IMG/VR virus record: IMGVR_UViG_2061766007_002278 | Reading direction: 5' to 3' (one strand) | Source: an uncultured virus (IMG/VR IMGVR_UViG_2061766007_002278) | Taxonomy: Duplodnaviria; Heunggongvirae; Uroviricota; Caudoviricetes | DNA length: 20,000 bases | Shown here: one piece after another, positions 10,433 to 18,624 of the stretch | How the letters are laid out: the number at the start of each line of letters is the position of its first letter | How positions within the stretch are numbered: the stretch's first letter is position 1 | The notes under the pieces: generated by a model | Databases searched by the model: none | What the model was told of the DNA's origin: nothing | What the model saw: only the letters and a program-made list of their open reading frames with translations | Position numbers and translations under genes: made by a program

Positions 10433-11095
10433 ATGAATTGGGAGCAAATCACAAATGCTATCAGCGCGTTTTTTGATAAACCGGTAGTGGTTACACTTTC
10501 CGGTATTTTCTCTGGTGCGTTGATACTTTTCACAATATTCGCAAAGACTAGTTTTGGTCGCAAAGCCATTAATAAATTAACAGCGCTTTACAATTTAGGC
10601 GCAAGAACCGCCACACAAACGCTCAAAAAAGTCGAGGACGTAGAAAAACTCGCCACAGAAAAAATCAGCGAACTAGAGGCGGAAAACAGCCAAAAAATCG
10701 AAGAATTAAAGCAAGAATACGAAAAGAAAGTGTCCGTTCTTGTTTCTTTGTTTAATTTTTATATCGATGCGCTATTTGAAACGTTGGCCACTATTCCAAA
10801 CGTAAAATTACAAGCCAAGGTTCAAGAATTAAAAGAAAAGTATGAAGATAAAAAGGCTGCAATTACCCAAGTGGTCGGACTGGTATATCAAGATTTTACA
10901 TCCGCTCTAGAAAAGAGCCGTGAAGAAATCCGCAAAGAATACGATGAAAAACTCGAATTCGTAACAAACCAATTAAATCAACTAAAACTATTTATTAGTG
11001 AAATCAAGGAGGAGAATATAAATGGCGAAGAAAGAGAACAAAGCGAATCAAGCGCAGACTCCGACCGAATTGAAGAAGAAATACAAGAGGATTAG
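10433..11095 (+). CDS. Membrane-anchored coiled-coil protein (lysis-module position)
   Basis: GGAGG RBS, N-terminal hydrophobic segment VVVTLSGIFSGALILFTIFA, long charged helical remainder. Confidence 0.8.
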   Translation: MNWEQITNAISAFFDKPVVVTLSGIFSGALILFTIFAKTSFGRKAINKLTALYNLGARTATQTLKKVEDVEKLATEKISELEAENSQKIEELKQEYEKKVSVLVSLFNFYIDALFETLATIPNVKLQAKVQELKEKYEDKKAAITQVVGLVYQDFTSALEKSREEIRKEYDEKLEFVTNQLNQLKLFISEIKEENINGEEREQSESSADSDRIEEEIQED

Positions 11096-11372
11096 TAACT
11101 GGTGTTTTGCTGGCCAATTTGCAAGTGTCGCCACTCCTTTTATAACTATCGGAATCGTTAATTTTAACGAGTATTTTGTAGAATACGATGGCAGAAAAAN
11201 NNNNNNNNNNNNNNNNNNNNNNNNNNNNNNNNNNNNNNNNNNNNNNNNNNNAAAAAGAAATTTACAAACACGTATATTTCTTTAATTGTCGGATGGGCCG
11301 CTGTAACTGCGATTTTCTTCCTTATGGGGCAAATCATCAATGACATCGCTTATATTATGCTGTTCGGGCTTA
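11022..11372 (+). CDS. Multi-pass membrane protein, holin-like (interrupted by gaps, 3' end hidden)
   Basis: GGAGGAG RBS, basic N-terminus, hydrophobic segments WCFAGQFASVATPFITIGIV and, after the gap, YISLIVGWAAVTAIFFLMGQIINDIAYIMLFGL. Confidence 0.6.
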
Positions 11373-11806
11373 NNNNNNNNNNNNNNNNNNNNNNNNNNNN
11401 NNNNNNNNNNNNNNNNNNNNNNNNNNNNNNNNNNNNNNNNNNNNNNNNNNNNNNNNNNNNNNNNNNNNNNNNNNNNNNNNNNNNNNNNNNNNNNNNNNNN
11501 NNNNNNNNNNNNNNNNNNNNNNNNNNNNNNNNNNNNNNNNNNNNNNNNNNNNNNNNNNNNNNNNNNNNNNNNNNNNNNNNNNNNNNNNNNNNNNNNNNNN
11601 NNNNNNNNNNNNNNNNNNNNNNNNNNNNNNNNNNNNNNNNNNNNNNNNNNNNNNNNNNNNNNNNNNNNNNNNNNNNNNNNNNNNNNNNNNNNNNNNNNNN
11701 NNNNNNNNNNNNNNNNNNNNNNNNNNNNNNNNNNNNNNNNNNNNNNNNNNNNNNNNNNNNNNNNNNNNNNNNNNNNNNNNNNNNNNNNNNNNNNNNNNNN
11801 NNNNNN

Positions 11807-12815
11807 AATCGCTCGACTGGTTTGCAGGCCTTGTCTCGTCAAAACGAGAATTTTTAATTAAACAAGTCGCTAACTCGGTTTTATTATTTATTATATTATT
11901 AGTGTTTGGTTGTTTGGATTTTGCCACACTAACCTTTCACGGAGAGTATTTAATAACCGCATNNNNNNNNNNNNNNNNNNNNNNNNNNNNNNNNNNNNNN
12001 NNNNNNNNNNNNNNNNNNNNNNNNNNNNNNNNNNNNNAAGCCAAGAATTACAGCGCAATAAAACCGAATACGAGAAACTTATAAAACTAAAGGACACCGA
12101 TTTTGAGTATTTCGTGGTCCGTGTTTTTAATCCAAGAATGAAAATTGAGGCTTATAAAAATTATATAAACCGCAAAATCTATCTGCTTAATAAATTCTCT
12201 AGAAGGCGCGACCGCTTGCTTTATTCTTCTACTTTGGAAGAGAATCAAGAAAAGAAATTAAAAAACCGCTATTGTATAAAGCGCAGCGAACTCGAAGAAT
12301 TAAAAAGCGATGAATACATACAAAAGAACATCGATAATATCATCGTTAGATATAAGGAAGTCGACCCAGCGATTTTTGAATTAGAAATCAACGGCGCTCA
12401 AAAATCCGCAGATATCAAAGTCACCGGCAATATCACGACCGGCCGTATAAAAGAATCAACCACGATTGTATTTTCTATGTTGGCAATTTCAATGCTAACC
12501 ACATCCTTTGGCCTTGATGCTAGTAAAGAGGAATTTGCAAACAATATGATTGCGTTCTGGCATTACTTCTTAAAAGCATTAGAAGACACCGCTATCGTTT
12601 TATGGCAATTTGTAAACGGCACGTTAAGAGCGCGTTCTATTGTTTCCGGCCAATTAACCAAACCTTACGCAAACCGAAACAAGGTGCTTAAAGAATACAT
12701 AAACTGGCGCGAAGAAACAAAAGCCGAAGAGTCTGCTGTTTATAAAGAACTAAATGACGATGACTATATAGAGGTTGATGAAGAGCAGGCTAAAGCGCTC
12801 GGATTAACTAAATAA
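11807..12815 (+). CDS. Multi-pass membrane protein with large soluble loop (start hidden in gap)
   Basis: Frame SLDWFAGLVSSKREFLIKQVANSVLLFIILLVFGCLDF... before the gap at ~11963-12038, continuing as QELQRNK... to TAA 12815. Further hydrophobic segment IVFSMLAISMLTTSFGL. Confidence 0.7.
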
Positions 12816-12845
12816 AAGGCCCGCTGTGGGGTCTTTTTTCTTTTC
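12814..12845. terminator. Probable bidirectional terminator at the convergence of the two modules
   Basis: AAAAGGCCC-gctgtg-GGGTCTTTT flanked by A and T runs. Confidence 0.75.
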
Positions 12846-12861
12846 TTGGGTTTTCTATCGA

Positions 12862-13119
12862 CTACAATTCGTGCGCGTATCTGTGGCCGTATATCATAGC
12901 GCATTCTGGGCATAAAACATCGTCGTTAGTTCCGGCGACTAGTGCGCCGCATCCACAGAGGTGGAAGCCATCNNNNNNNNNNNNNNNGCACTTGCTCCAT
13001 TTCGCTTTTGGGCTTTCTTTTTGCGCCGCTGCAAGGACAGCGTTTGGGTTGTATTGTTTGTTATATATGGCGACCATTTCGAGGTCGTTTTCGTTTCGTA
13101 GTAAGTAAGCGTATCTCAT
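12862..13119 (-). CDS. Small hypothetical protein with possible Zn-binding Cys motifs
   Basis: GGAGG RBS. CGCG...LCPEC. Confidence 0.7.
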   Translation of the reverse strand: MRYAYLLRNENDLEMVAIYNKQYNPNAVLAAAQKESPKAKWSKCXXXXXDGFHLCGCGALVAGTNDDVLCPECAMIYGHRYAHEL

Positions 13120-13363
13120 TTATTTGTCCTCCTTTGGTAATGGTCTATTTTCTAAACTTTTTAATGCTGCGGCTTTGGCTTCTTTAAGGGTTTTGAATGG
13201 GCNNNNNNNNNNTTAATCCGTCTGGTCTTTCGTAATTCCACCAGCCGTCTATTTTTGAAAAGTTAATGCCGTTTATTTCCCAGAGCGCGCTGTCAGTGGT
13301 GTAAGCGCCGTGCTTATCTTTGCTTGTTTCTTTATGGGTTGTTTTGTCGATTATCTTTTTCAT
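13120..13363 (-). CDS. Small hypothetical phage protein
   Basis: AGGAG RBS before ATG 13363 (MKKIIDK...). After the N gap the frame PFKTLKEAKAAALK...PKEDK* ends adjacent to the next ATG. Confidence 0.65.
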
Positions 13364-13400
13364 GGTTTTTTCTCCTAACCCCATCGGGCAAGTATATGTT

Positions 13401-13427
13401 CGCTCTTTTGGTTGCATAACGCAAGCG
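13401..13427 (-). promoter_or_regulatory. Repeated promoter/operator motif, copy 1
   Basis: CGCTCTTTTGGTTGCATAACGCAAGCG, 25/27 identical to 18387-18413. Lies between a terminator and an operon start. Confidence 0.7.
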
Positions 13428-13450
13428 AATAATACAAAAAAGATGCAAAA

Positions 13451-13477
13451 TAAAAAGGCCCCGATTTGGAGCCTTGT
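13451..13477 (-). terminator. Rho-independent terminator after metK
   Basis: Minus strand AAGGCTCC-aaatc-GGGGCCTT followed by TTTATTTT. Confidence 0.75.
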
Positions 13478-13480
13478 TTT

Positions 13481-14303
13481 TTATTTAATCAGGTCGAAGA
13501 ATTGCGCTGGGTCAGGACCACCTACTAAACCCCACTCGGCGAACTTTTCAAATCCGCCGCATTGCTTTATATACGCTCGAGCANNNNNNNNNNNNNNNNG
13601 GTTTGTCGTCTATAAACTCGTCGCCTATAGCGCAGCAAAGGGTCACAGGCTTTTTGTATTTTTGCGCTTTAAGGAACGCGTAGATGTTAACACTAACATC
13701 GGCCTTGGAGAGGTCTTTGCCGTGTAAGCCGCCGCCTGTTACGGATTGGGCCATATCGGAGCCAAGTTTGCGGTTTGTCGCACCGCTATCTACATCGCTG
13801 CCACCGGTCCATTCTCCAAGCGGATTTATTTCTGCGTTTTCATATAAAGTATGTAAAATTAAACTTGGAGCATTGCTTTGACAAATAATAAAGCGGTTTG
13901 GATTCTCCGATAAAATATACTTGCCGTCTGTTGGATATCTTTTATAAATATCCTTCGCAATAATAGAAAGGCCAAGTTCCTCAGTCGTAATTGGCACACC
14001 TTTGAATATACCATTATCGCCGCAGCGGAAGTGGCCTGCTTGGTTTCCGGCCAAGTGTGGGTCCTGTGGCACGCAGATATATTTTATCTTATCGATTCCG
14101 GCTAATCGCCAGACGATTCCTTTTACGATTGGCTTTGAAATATGGTAAGACGACTCAACAATCACAGTCGCAAAGCCGTGGCCTATTAAAACCTCAACGG
14201 CAATTTTAGGATTTGAAACGCAAGCGTAGGCATGGTCTACAATAGCGCCAGCGATTCTATCTGCCACCTTGTCTGGGTGGCTTGGGTTTACACATTCATA
14301 CAT
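13481..14303 (-). CDS. metK: S-adenosylmethionine synthetase (compact phage-type MetK, ~273 aa)
   Basis: ECVNPSHPDKVADRI, GDNG, DGK, GGSDVDSGATNRKL, GGGLHGKDLSKADVS motifs. True C-terminus after the gap is ARAYIKQCGGFEKFAEWGL...LIK* (TAA 13481-13483). Confidence 0.92.
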
Positions 14304-14332
14304 ATTAGTATTACTCCTTTTAAATTAATATT

Positions 14333-14341
14333 AGTATATCA
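14333..14341 (-). promoter_or_regulatory. Possible extended -10 promoter for metK
   Basis: TG-A-TATACT upstream of the AAGGAG RBS. Confidence 0.35.
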
Positions 14342-14346
14342 CTTTA

Positions 14347-14582
14347 TTAAATACCCGGGATGATTTTTATTTTATAATCAACGATGGAATTTTTGGTCAC
14401 TAGTTTGCCAGANNNNNNNNNNNNNNNNNNNNNNNNNNNNNNGGGTCTAAATACGAGAAAACCTCGCCGCTTGTTTTTTTGATTAATACCTCTATTAATT
14501 CCTCATCGGTAATAGTGCCGAGCGGATTTTGCTCCAGCAATTCTTTTATTGCTCCAAACAGCCGTCTTTCTTTTAATTCCAT
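14347..14582 (-). CDS. Small hypothetical protein
   Basis: AAGGAGG RBS before MELKERRLFGAIK. After the gap the frame SGKLVTKNSIVDYKIKIIPGI* is open. Confidence 0.6.
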
Positions 14583-14592
14583 AAAGCCCTCC

Positions 14593-14802
14593 TTATAAGT
14601 ATGTATAACCGCCTTTTTCAAAACGGTCTAATACAGCACTTGTAATTTTCTTTTTGCCGGCTAACACTTGCTCGATGTATTGGCGCGAACAGCCGCAGAG
14701 CGGCGCGAACTTGTTAACTGTCAAGTTCTGCTCTACGAGCCATTTTTTAAAGCGTAATTTTGCCTGTTTTGTAATGTAATATCCTTCTTTTCTAATTGGC
14801 AT
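14593..14802 (-). CDS. XRE/Cro-like helix-turn-helix regulator
   Basis: WLVEQNLTVNKFAPLCGCSRQYIEQVLAGKK matches the HTH_3 pattern. Confidence 0.8.
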   Translation of the reverse strand: MPIRKEGYYITKQAKLRFKKWLVEQNLTVNKFAPLCGCSRQYIEQVLAGKKKITSAVLDRFEKGGYTYL

Positions 14803-14805
14803 ATT

Positions 14806-15330
14806 TTAGTCCTCCTGTATTTGGTTACAATAGCACCACGATTGCGGCGCGTAATTTTTTACTGATAAAAACGAGCGTTTAATTCCGATAAAGTCATCAA
14901 GCGGCCTTGGCTCTGCAAAATGAATCACTCGTTCAATGTGCCAAGAATAGCACACCCTTTTGCCTTTGGTGTAGGCACTAAATTCATTAAAGTCTAACTC
15001 GGCTCCACCCATTAGTAGAGCGAAACGGTAATCGTCGTGTGGTGGTTCCGCATCAAGCCAAACCCAACCATCGCCTTGTTTATGCCATTCGCGTATTTTG
15101 CCAAGCGTGAATTTTAGGCCAACCTTTCCAACAAACCTTTTAAAGAACTCGCGCTCGCGTTCCGGTATTTTAGCAAGGTCCTCTTTCCATTTGGTTTTGC
15201 TTACATACCCATAAACATCGCCGTGAAAATCTCGCGGGCAGGTTTTGCGTATTTCATCGGTTTTCTTACCTTTATAAATTAGGTAGAACCACCAGAGCCT
15301 TAATGTTAATAAAATGGCTTTATTTTTCAT
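14806..15330 (-). CDS. ASCH (PUA-like) domain protein
   Basis: ILLTLR..W..LIYKGKKTDEIRK (GxKxxExR signature) and C-terminal APQSWCY. Confidence 0.8.
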   Translation of the reverse strand: MKNKAILLTLRLWWFYLIYKGKKTDEIRKTCPRDFHGDVYGYVSKTKWKEDLAKIPEREREFFKRFVGKVGLKFTLGKIREWHKQGDGWVWLDAEPPHDDYRFALLMGGAELDFNEFSAYTKGKRVCYSWHIERVIHFAEPRPLDDFIGIKRSFLSVKNYAPQSWCYCNQIQED

Positions 15331-15482
15331 AAATCTATCTCCTTATCTTCCTGTTTTTTTACAAATAAATATTGCGGCGGTTGTTGGCAGAGCGGTTCAA
15401 AAGGGCATGAAATACAATCCCTTTGTGAGCGGCATAGTTCAGCCAGTTCCTTTAGAGTAATATCTTTTAATTTCTTTTTCAT
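15327..15482 (-). CDS. Small Cys-rich protein (51 aa, not in ORF track)
   Basis: MKKKLKDITLKELAELCRSQRDCISCPFEPLCQQPPQYLFVKKQEDKEIDL*, with ATGA overlaps at both ends. Confidence 0.7.
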   Translation of the reverse strand: MKKKLKDITLKELAELCRSQRDCISCPFEPLCQQPPQYLFVKKQEDKEIDL

Positions 15483-15731
15483 AGTAATACCTCTTTTAAT
15501 AATTCAAATTGCTCTTTATCAACCTTAATTGCGCCAAACAAATCATTATTTACAATAATATAATNNNNNNNNNNNNNNNNNNNNNNNNNNNNNNNNNNNN
15601 NNNNNNNNNNNNNNNNNNNNNNNNNNNNNNNNNNNNNNNTCTATGGTGTCAAAATCTTCTAAAATATCAATGCAAACTCTATCGTTGTAATGACTTTTAA
15701 TTCTCTCTAATGCCTCTAAACCTTCACTCAT
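15479..15731 (-). CDS. Hypothetical phage protein
   Basis: MSEGLEALERIK..., and after the gap YIIVNNDLFGAIKVDKEQFELLKEVLL* overlapping the next ATG. Confidence 0.7.
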
Positions 15732-15997
15732 AATAACACCTCCTTTATCTTTAAGAACTCATCTATAACTTCTTGTGGGTTTCTAGCGATGGCGATATAA
15801 ACAATTTTGCGAGTTTTACTATCTTCAATGTGATAAACTTGTTCTTCATCATAATACCAATAAAATCTTCCATCTATGTTATAGTGTGGAAAACCATCAC
15901 CATAACAGAATTGCCTTTTGACTTTTAAGTTTCTTCCCCAACCACTTTGAACCACGGTGTTGTCTATTCCGTTTGGGTAAATGCCAATAGTTTTCAT
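15728..15997 (-). CDS. Hypothetical phage protein
   Basis: 89-aa ORF, translationally coupled on both sides. Confidence 0.75.
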   Translation of the reverse strand: MKTIGIYPNGIDNTVVQSGWGRNLKVKRQFCYGDGFPHYNIDGRFYWYYDEEQVYHIEDSKTRKIVYIAIARNPQEVIDEFLKIKEVLL

Positions 15998-16374
15998 AAC
16001 AATTCGACCTCTCCTTCATTATTTATCTGTGCCACATATATAAGGCCTTTATCTGTCCAGATTGCGCCTTTAATGACTGTTTTATCGTTCCATTCGCTTA
16101 TAGGAATATATCTGGTGGTTTCGCTAGTAGATATCCACCATAGAGCCTTTTTGCTTTTATCGTATCCATCAAATCGCCAGCCATCCGCTATTCCTTTTAA
16201 ACCAGTTGTATCTACGAATAAATCGCACAATTCTTCAATATTGTCGGCTTGTTTGATTGGTGCATATTCACCTTGATAATTAACGAATTGAGATAAATAT
16301 TTAATTAAATCTAAATCTTTTGTTTTTGGTTCAAACCCAATTATTCTTCCATCTTTCGTTCTAATGTATTTCAT
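15994..16374 (-). CDS. Hypothetical phage protein (MKYIRTKDG... type)
   Basis: GGAGG RBS before ATG 16374, which overlaps the upstream TGA. Confidence 0.75.
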   Translation of the reverse strand: MKYIRTKDGRIIGFEPKTKDLDLIKYLSQFVNYQGEYAPIKQADNIEELCDLFVDTTGLKGIADGWRFDGYDKSKKALWWISTSETTRYIPISEWNDKTVIKGAIWTDKGLIYVAQINNEGEVELL

Positions 16375-16577
16375 AGCAGTTCCTCCTTCGTATCTGCAAA
16401 TTTTATGATTCTGCGCCATGTTGTAATGTAGGTGCTGTGAGCAAATACTCCGATGTTAATATACCAGCCATCTTTTTCTTTTTTAAGAGGCCGCGGTATA
16501 TCGCTCAAGTTGCCTGTTCGGTCTAGATAATAGCAAGGCTCGATTTGGCCGTTTTCTAATAGGCAGTATTTTTTCAT
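16371..16577 (-). CDS. Hypothetical phage protein
   Basis: AAGGAG RBS, 68 aa, coupled to the next gene. Confidence 0.7.
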   Translation of the reverse strand: MKKYCLLENGQIEPCYYLDRTGNLSDIPRPLKKEKDGWYINIGVFAHSTYITTWRRIIKFADTKEELL

Positions 16578-16588
16578 CGGCTGCTCCT

Positions 16589-16855
16589 TTAGATTGTCAG
16601 GNNNNNNNNNNATTTCCCATATTTTTTAGCAAAAGCCTCGATGCTATTTTTTAGTGAGGTGGTATCGCTTGAGCGGGACTTTTTACACAAAGGCATTTTA
16701 TTTATCTCAAAGTGTTTAATAATCCTTTCTANNNNNNNNNNAAGACCCATTAGTTTAGCGGCTATTTCTACGCTCTCAAAAGTGTTATCTTCATTAACGT
16801 CCTTGATTACAACGGTCACTAGTTTACCGTTTTGCCAAAATGTAATCTTCTCCAT
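16589..16855 (-). CDS. Hypothetical phage protein (two N gaps, end uncertain)
   Basis: ORF in operon position, ATG immediately after the upstream stop. Confidence 0.6.
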   Translation of the reverse strand: MEKITFWQNGKLVTVVIKDVNEDNTFESVEIAAKLMGLXXXXERIIKHFEINKMPLCKKSRSSDTTSLKNSIEAFAKKYGKXXXXLTI

Positions 16856-16856
16856 A

Positions 16857-17228
16857 TTAATTCCCGAGTCCTTTCTTTAGTTCTTCGATTTGCCTTTCTA
16901 ATTTGGCAATCTTGGCTTTATCTCTGTCCTCTTTGGTTTCTATTTCAAATTCTATAATTCCGTCGTTTAGTAATCGAGCGAATAAATAAGCAATTTCTAC
17001 AGAGAAAGAAGGGTTCGGATATTCGCTTACAATATAACCAATGTTGTGAGCGGCTTTATAACGGGTGTATCTTTGAACCTTCTCCATATCGCACCAGAAC
17101 ACGCGACCGAGTTCCGTTTTATATTCGTAGTAGTGTGGATGTTTATATTCTTTAAAGCCATATTGAGGGAGCGCTTCCGGTTTTAAGACTTTAATTTTGT
17201 ATTTTTTCTTGGCCATCTGGACGTTCAT
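16857..17228 (-). CDS. Hypothetical phage protein with C-terminal coiled coil
   Basis: 123-aa ORF coupled to the upstream gene. Confidence 0.75.
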   Translation of the reverse strand: MNVQMAKKKYKIKVLKPEALPQYGFKEYKHPHYYEYKTELGRVFWCDMEKVQRYTRYKAAHNIGYIVSEYPNPSFSVEIAYLFARLLNDGIIEFEIETKEDRDKAKIAKLERQIEELKKGLGN

Positions 17229-17704
17229 AGTGTGAACCTCCTTTTCTCTGGTTTCGGTTCTTCCCTTTTTAGTTCAGGAGCGACGGCTTTCGGGTTTACG
17301 AAATAGGAGTGCATGGTTTGGCTGCAGCAGTTCCAAGTATCCCAAACAACCCCGTTTACAATCAAGGTTACATGGTGGGAGCCTGCTTTAGCAATGATGA
17401 CCCCTTTGTCGTTTCCGCGGCGGCAGACAAACTGGCCGACCTTAATCTTTTTGTTTTCGTGGTCACGCGGTTCGGACATTTTGGTCCAGCCTTTTGCTTT
17501 TAAGTAAATGTCGATTAGTTTATCTTCATTGAATGCGTAACCGCGCTCGATGCCAAGTTCAGTCATTTGGCGGATTGTATCTTCCCACGATTGACCCAAC
17601 GCTACGCAGATGGCTCTAGCAACGCAGTCGTTTGCGTTCTTGCCTTTAGGGTTCGCGTTGTGAAAATGGAATGTTGGTGTTTCCTTGTATTTACATATCA
17701 TCAT
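17225..17704 (-). CDS. Putative papain-like (C39-like) cysteine hydrolase fold protein
   Basis: NP.....NDCVARAI ... SHHVTLIVNGVVWDTWNC gives a Cys...His...Asp arrangement. GGAGG RBS before ATG 17704. Confidence 0.55.
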   Translation of the reverse strand: MMICKYKETPTFHFHNANPKGKNANDCVARAICVALGQSWEDTIRQMTELGIERGYAFNEDKLIDIYLKAKGWTKMSEPRDHENKKIKVGQFVCRRGNDKGVIIAKAGSHHVTLIVNGVVWDTWNCCSQTMHSYFVNPKAVAPELKREEPKPEKRRFTL

Positions 17705-17706
17705 AT

Positions 17707-17883
17707 TTAGTCCTCCCAATATTTCCTTTTGAATGTAAAATTGTCGGCTATTTCTTGGTCGGTAATTCTTGGGATATCGTTTGCGCCTGTATCGTCGTCA
17801 TGGCAATATAGCGCGTGGTCATTACCAAACCTGACAAAGGTCAAGCCATCGCTTTTGCGGGTGTATTCTCTGGTTAGTTCCAT
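17707..17883 (-). CDS. Small hypothetical protein (58 aa, not in ORF track)
   Basis: MELTREYTRKSDGLTFVRFGNDHALYC...KRKYWED* fills the operon gap exactly. Confidence 0.7.
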   Translation of the reverse strand: MELTREYTRKSDGLTFVRFGNDHALYCHDDDTGANDIPRITDQEIADNFTFKRKYWED

Positions 17884-17884
17884 A

Positions 17885-18052
17885 CTATCTGCACACCTTC
17901 CTTTCCGCTTTTTCGATGATGTCGCTTGGAATTTCGTCCAAGACTCTCTTGATTATTTCTTCGAGGTTGTCATTGCGCCAATCGGCGAGCGTATGAATTG
18001 CGCCATACAAGCCATCCTCTTTGATTAATTGCTTCGCTTCTTTCTTGGTCAT
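17885..18052 (-). CDS. Small hypothetical protein (55 aa, not in ORF track)
   Basis: AAGGAGG RBS, MTKKEAKQLIKEDGLYGAIHTLADW...KVCR*. Confidence 0.75.
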   Translation of the reverse strand: MTKKEAKQLIKEDGLYGAIHTLADWRNDNLEEIIKRVLDEIPSDIIEKAERKVCR

Positions 18053-18066
18053 GTTATATCCTCCTT

Positions 18067-18357
18067 TTATTCCATGAATTTGAAGCCAACAAAGTCGGTG
18101 TAATATTTGCGGCCGTCCAAAACTATGATGTCGGAAACGCTCAAGGAGTGTCCTTTGAAGTCTTCTGGTCGGTCAAGATTGAATTTCTCATATAATACGT
18201 GACAAGCGGTCATATAACTATATTCGTCGGTAATTTCTCCTTCGTAGACCTTTTCGTAATGTTCAATGTTTAATCCGTGTTTTACGGCCCAACCATAACT
18301 GTTGAATCCGTAATCTCCGATGTGCTTTCTTTTCAATTGTAAGATTTCATATTTCAT
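18067..18357 (-). CDS. YodL-like domain protein (stand-alone)
   Basis: YEILQLK...YEKVYEG...LYEKFNLDRPEDFKGHSLSVSDIIVL...YYTDFVGF matches the YodL signature. GGAGG RBS. Confidence 0.88.
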   Translation of the reverse strand: MKYEILQLKRKHIGDYGFNSYGWAVKHGLNIEHYEKVYEGEITDEYSYMTACHVLYEKFNLDRPEDFKGHSLSVSDIIVLDGRKYYTDFVGFKFME

Positions 18358-18386
18358 GTGCCATATCCTCCCGGCATATATATTAA

Positions 18387-18413
18387 CGCTCTTTCGGTTG
18401 CATAAAGCAAGCG
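18387..18413 (-). promoter_or_regulatory. Repeated promoter/operator motif, copy 2
   Basis: CGCTCTTTCGGTTGCATAAAGCAAGCG. On minus it reads TTGCTT-17 nt-GTTAAT, with an AT-rich upstream tract. Confidence 0.7.
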
Positions 18414-18430
18414 CTATATTTAAATAAAAT

Positions 18431-18458
18431 AAAAAAAGACTCGTTAACGGTCGAGTCT
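18431..18458 (-). terminator. Rho-independent terminator
   Basis: Perfect AGACTCG/CGAGTCT stem followed by a T run on minus. Confidence 0.85.
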
Positions 18459-18620
18459 ATTTTGATTAAGCAAACCTTTATTAGCATCAACAGCGTGGCA
18501 AGGGGAAGCCTTAATCTGGGTAATCACTATCACGCACATTAACTGAATATTAATTATGTGACACCATCTGGAGGATTTTGGCACGCGCGTTTTGGCGATA
18601 TCGATTCCGTTCTTTCTACC
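18431..18620 (-). ncRNA. Candidate ~190-nt small RNA
   Basis: Bounded by its own promoter and terminator, with no RBS-led ORF on minus. Internal stems GCGTG.CAA/TTG.CACGC and CACAT/ATGTG, and C-rich tracts ATCCTCC and TTCCCCTT. Confidence 0.55.
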
Positions 18621-18624
18621 TATA

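Noticed and set aside
5733..15639. Apparent frameshifts or premature stops in genes at 5490, 9473, 11022, 11807, 13363, metK, 14582 and 15731
   Set aside because: Each frame change falls exactly on an N run whose length is evidently approximate. These are assembly artefacts, not pseudogenes or programmed frameshifts.
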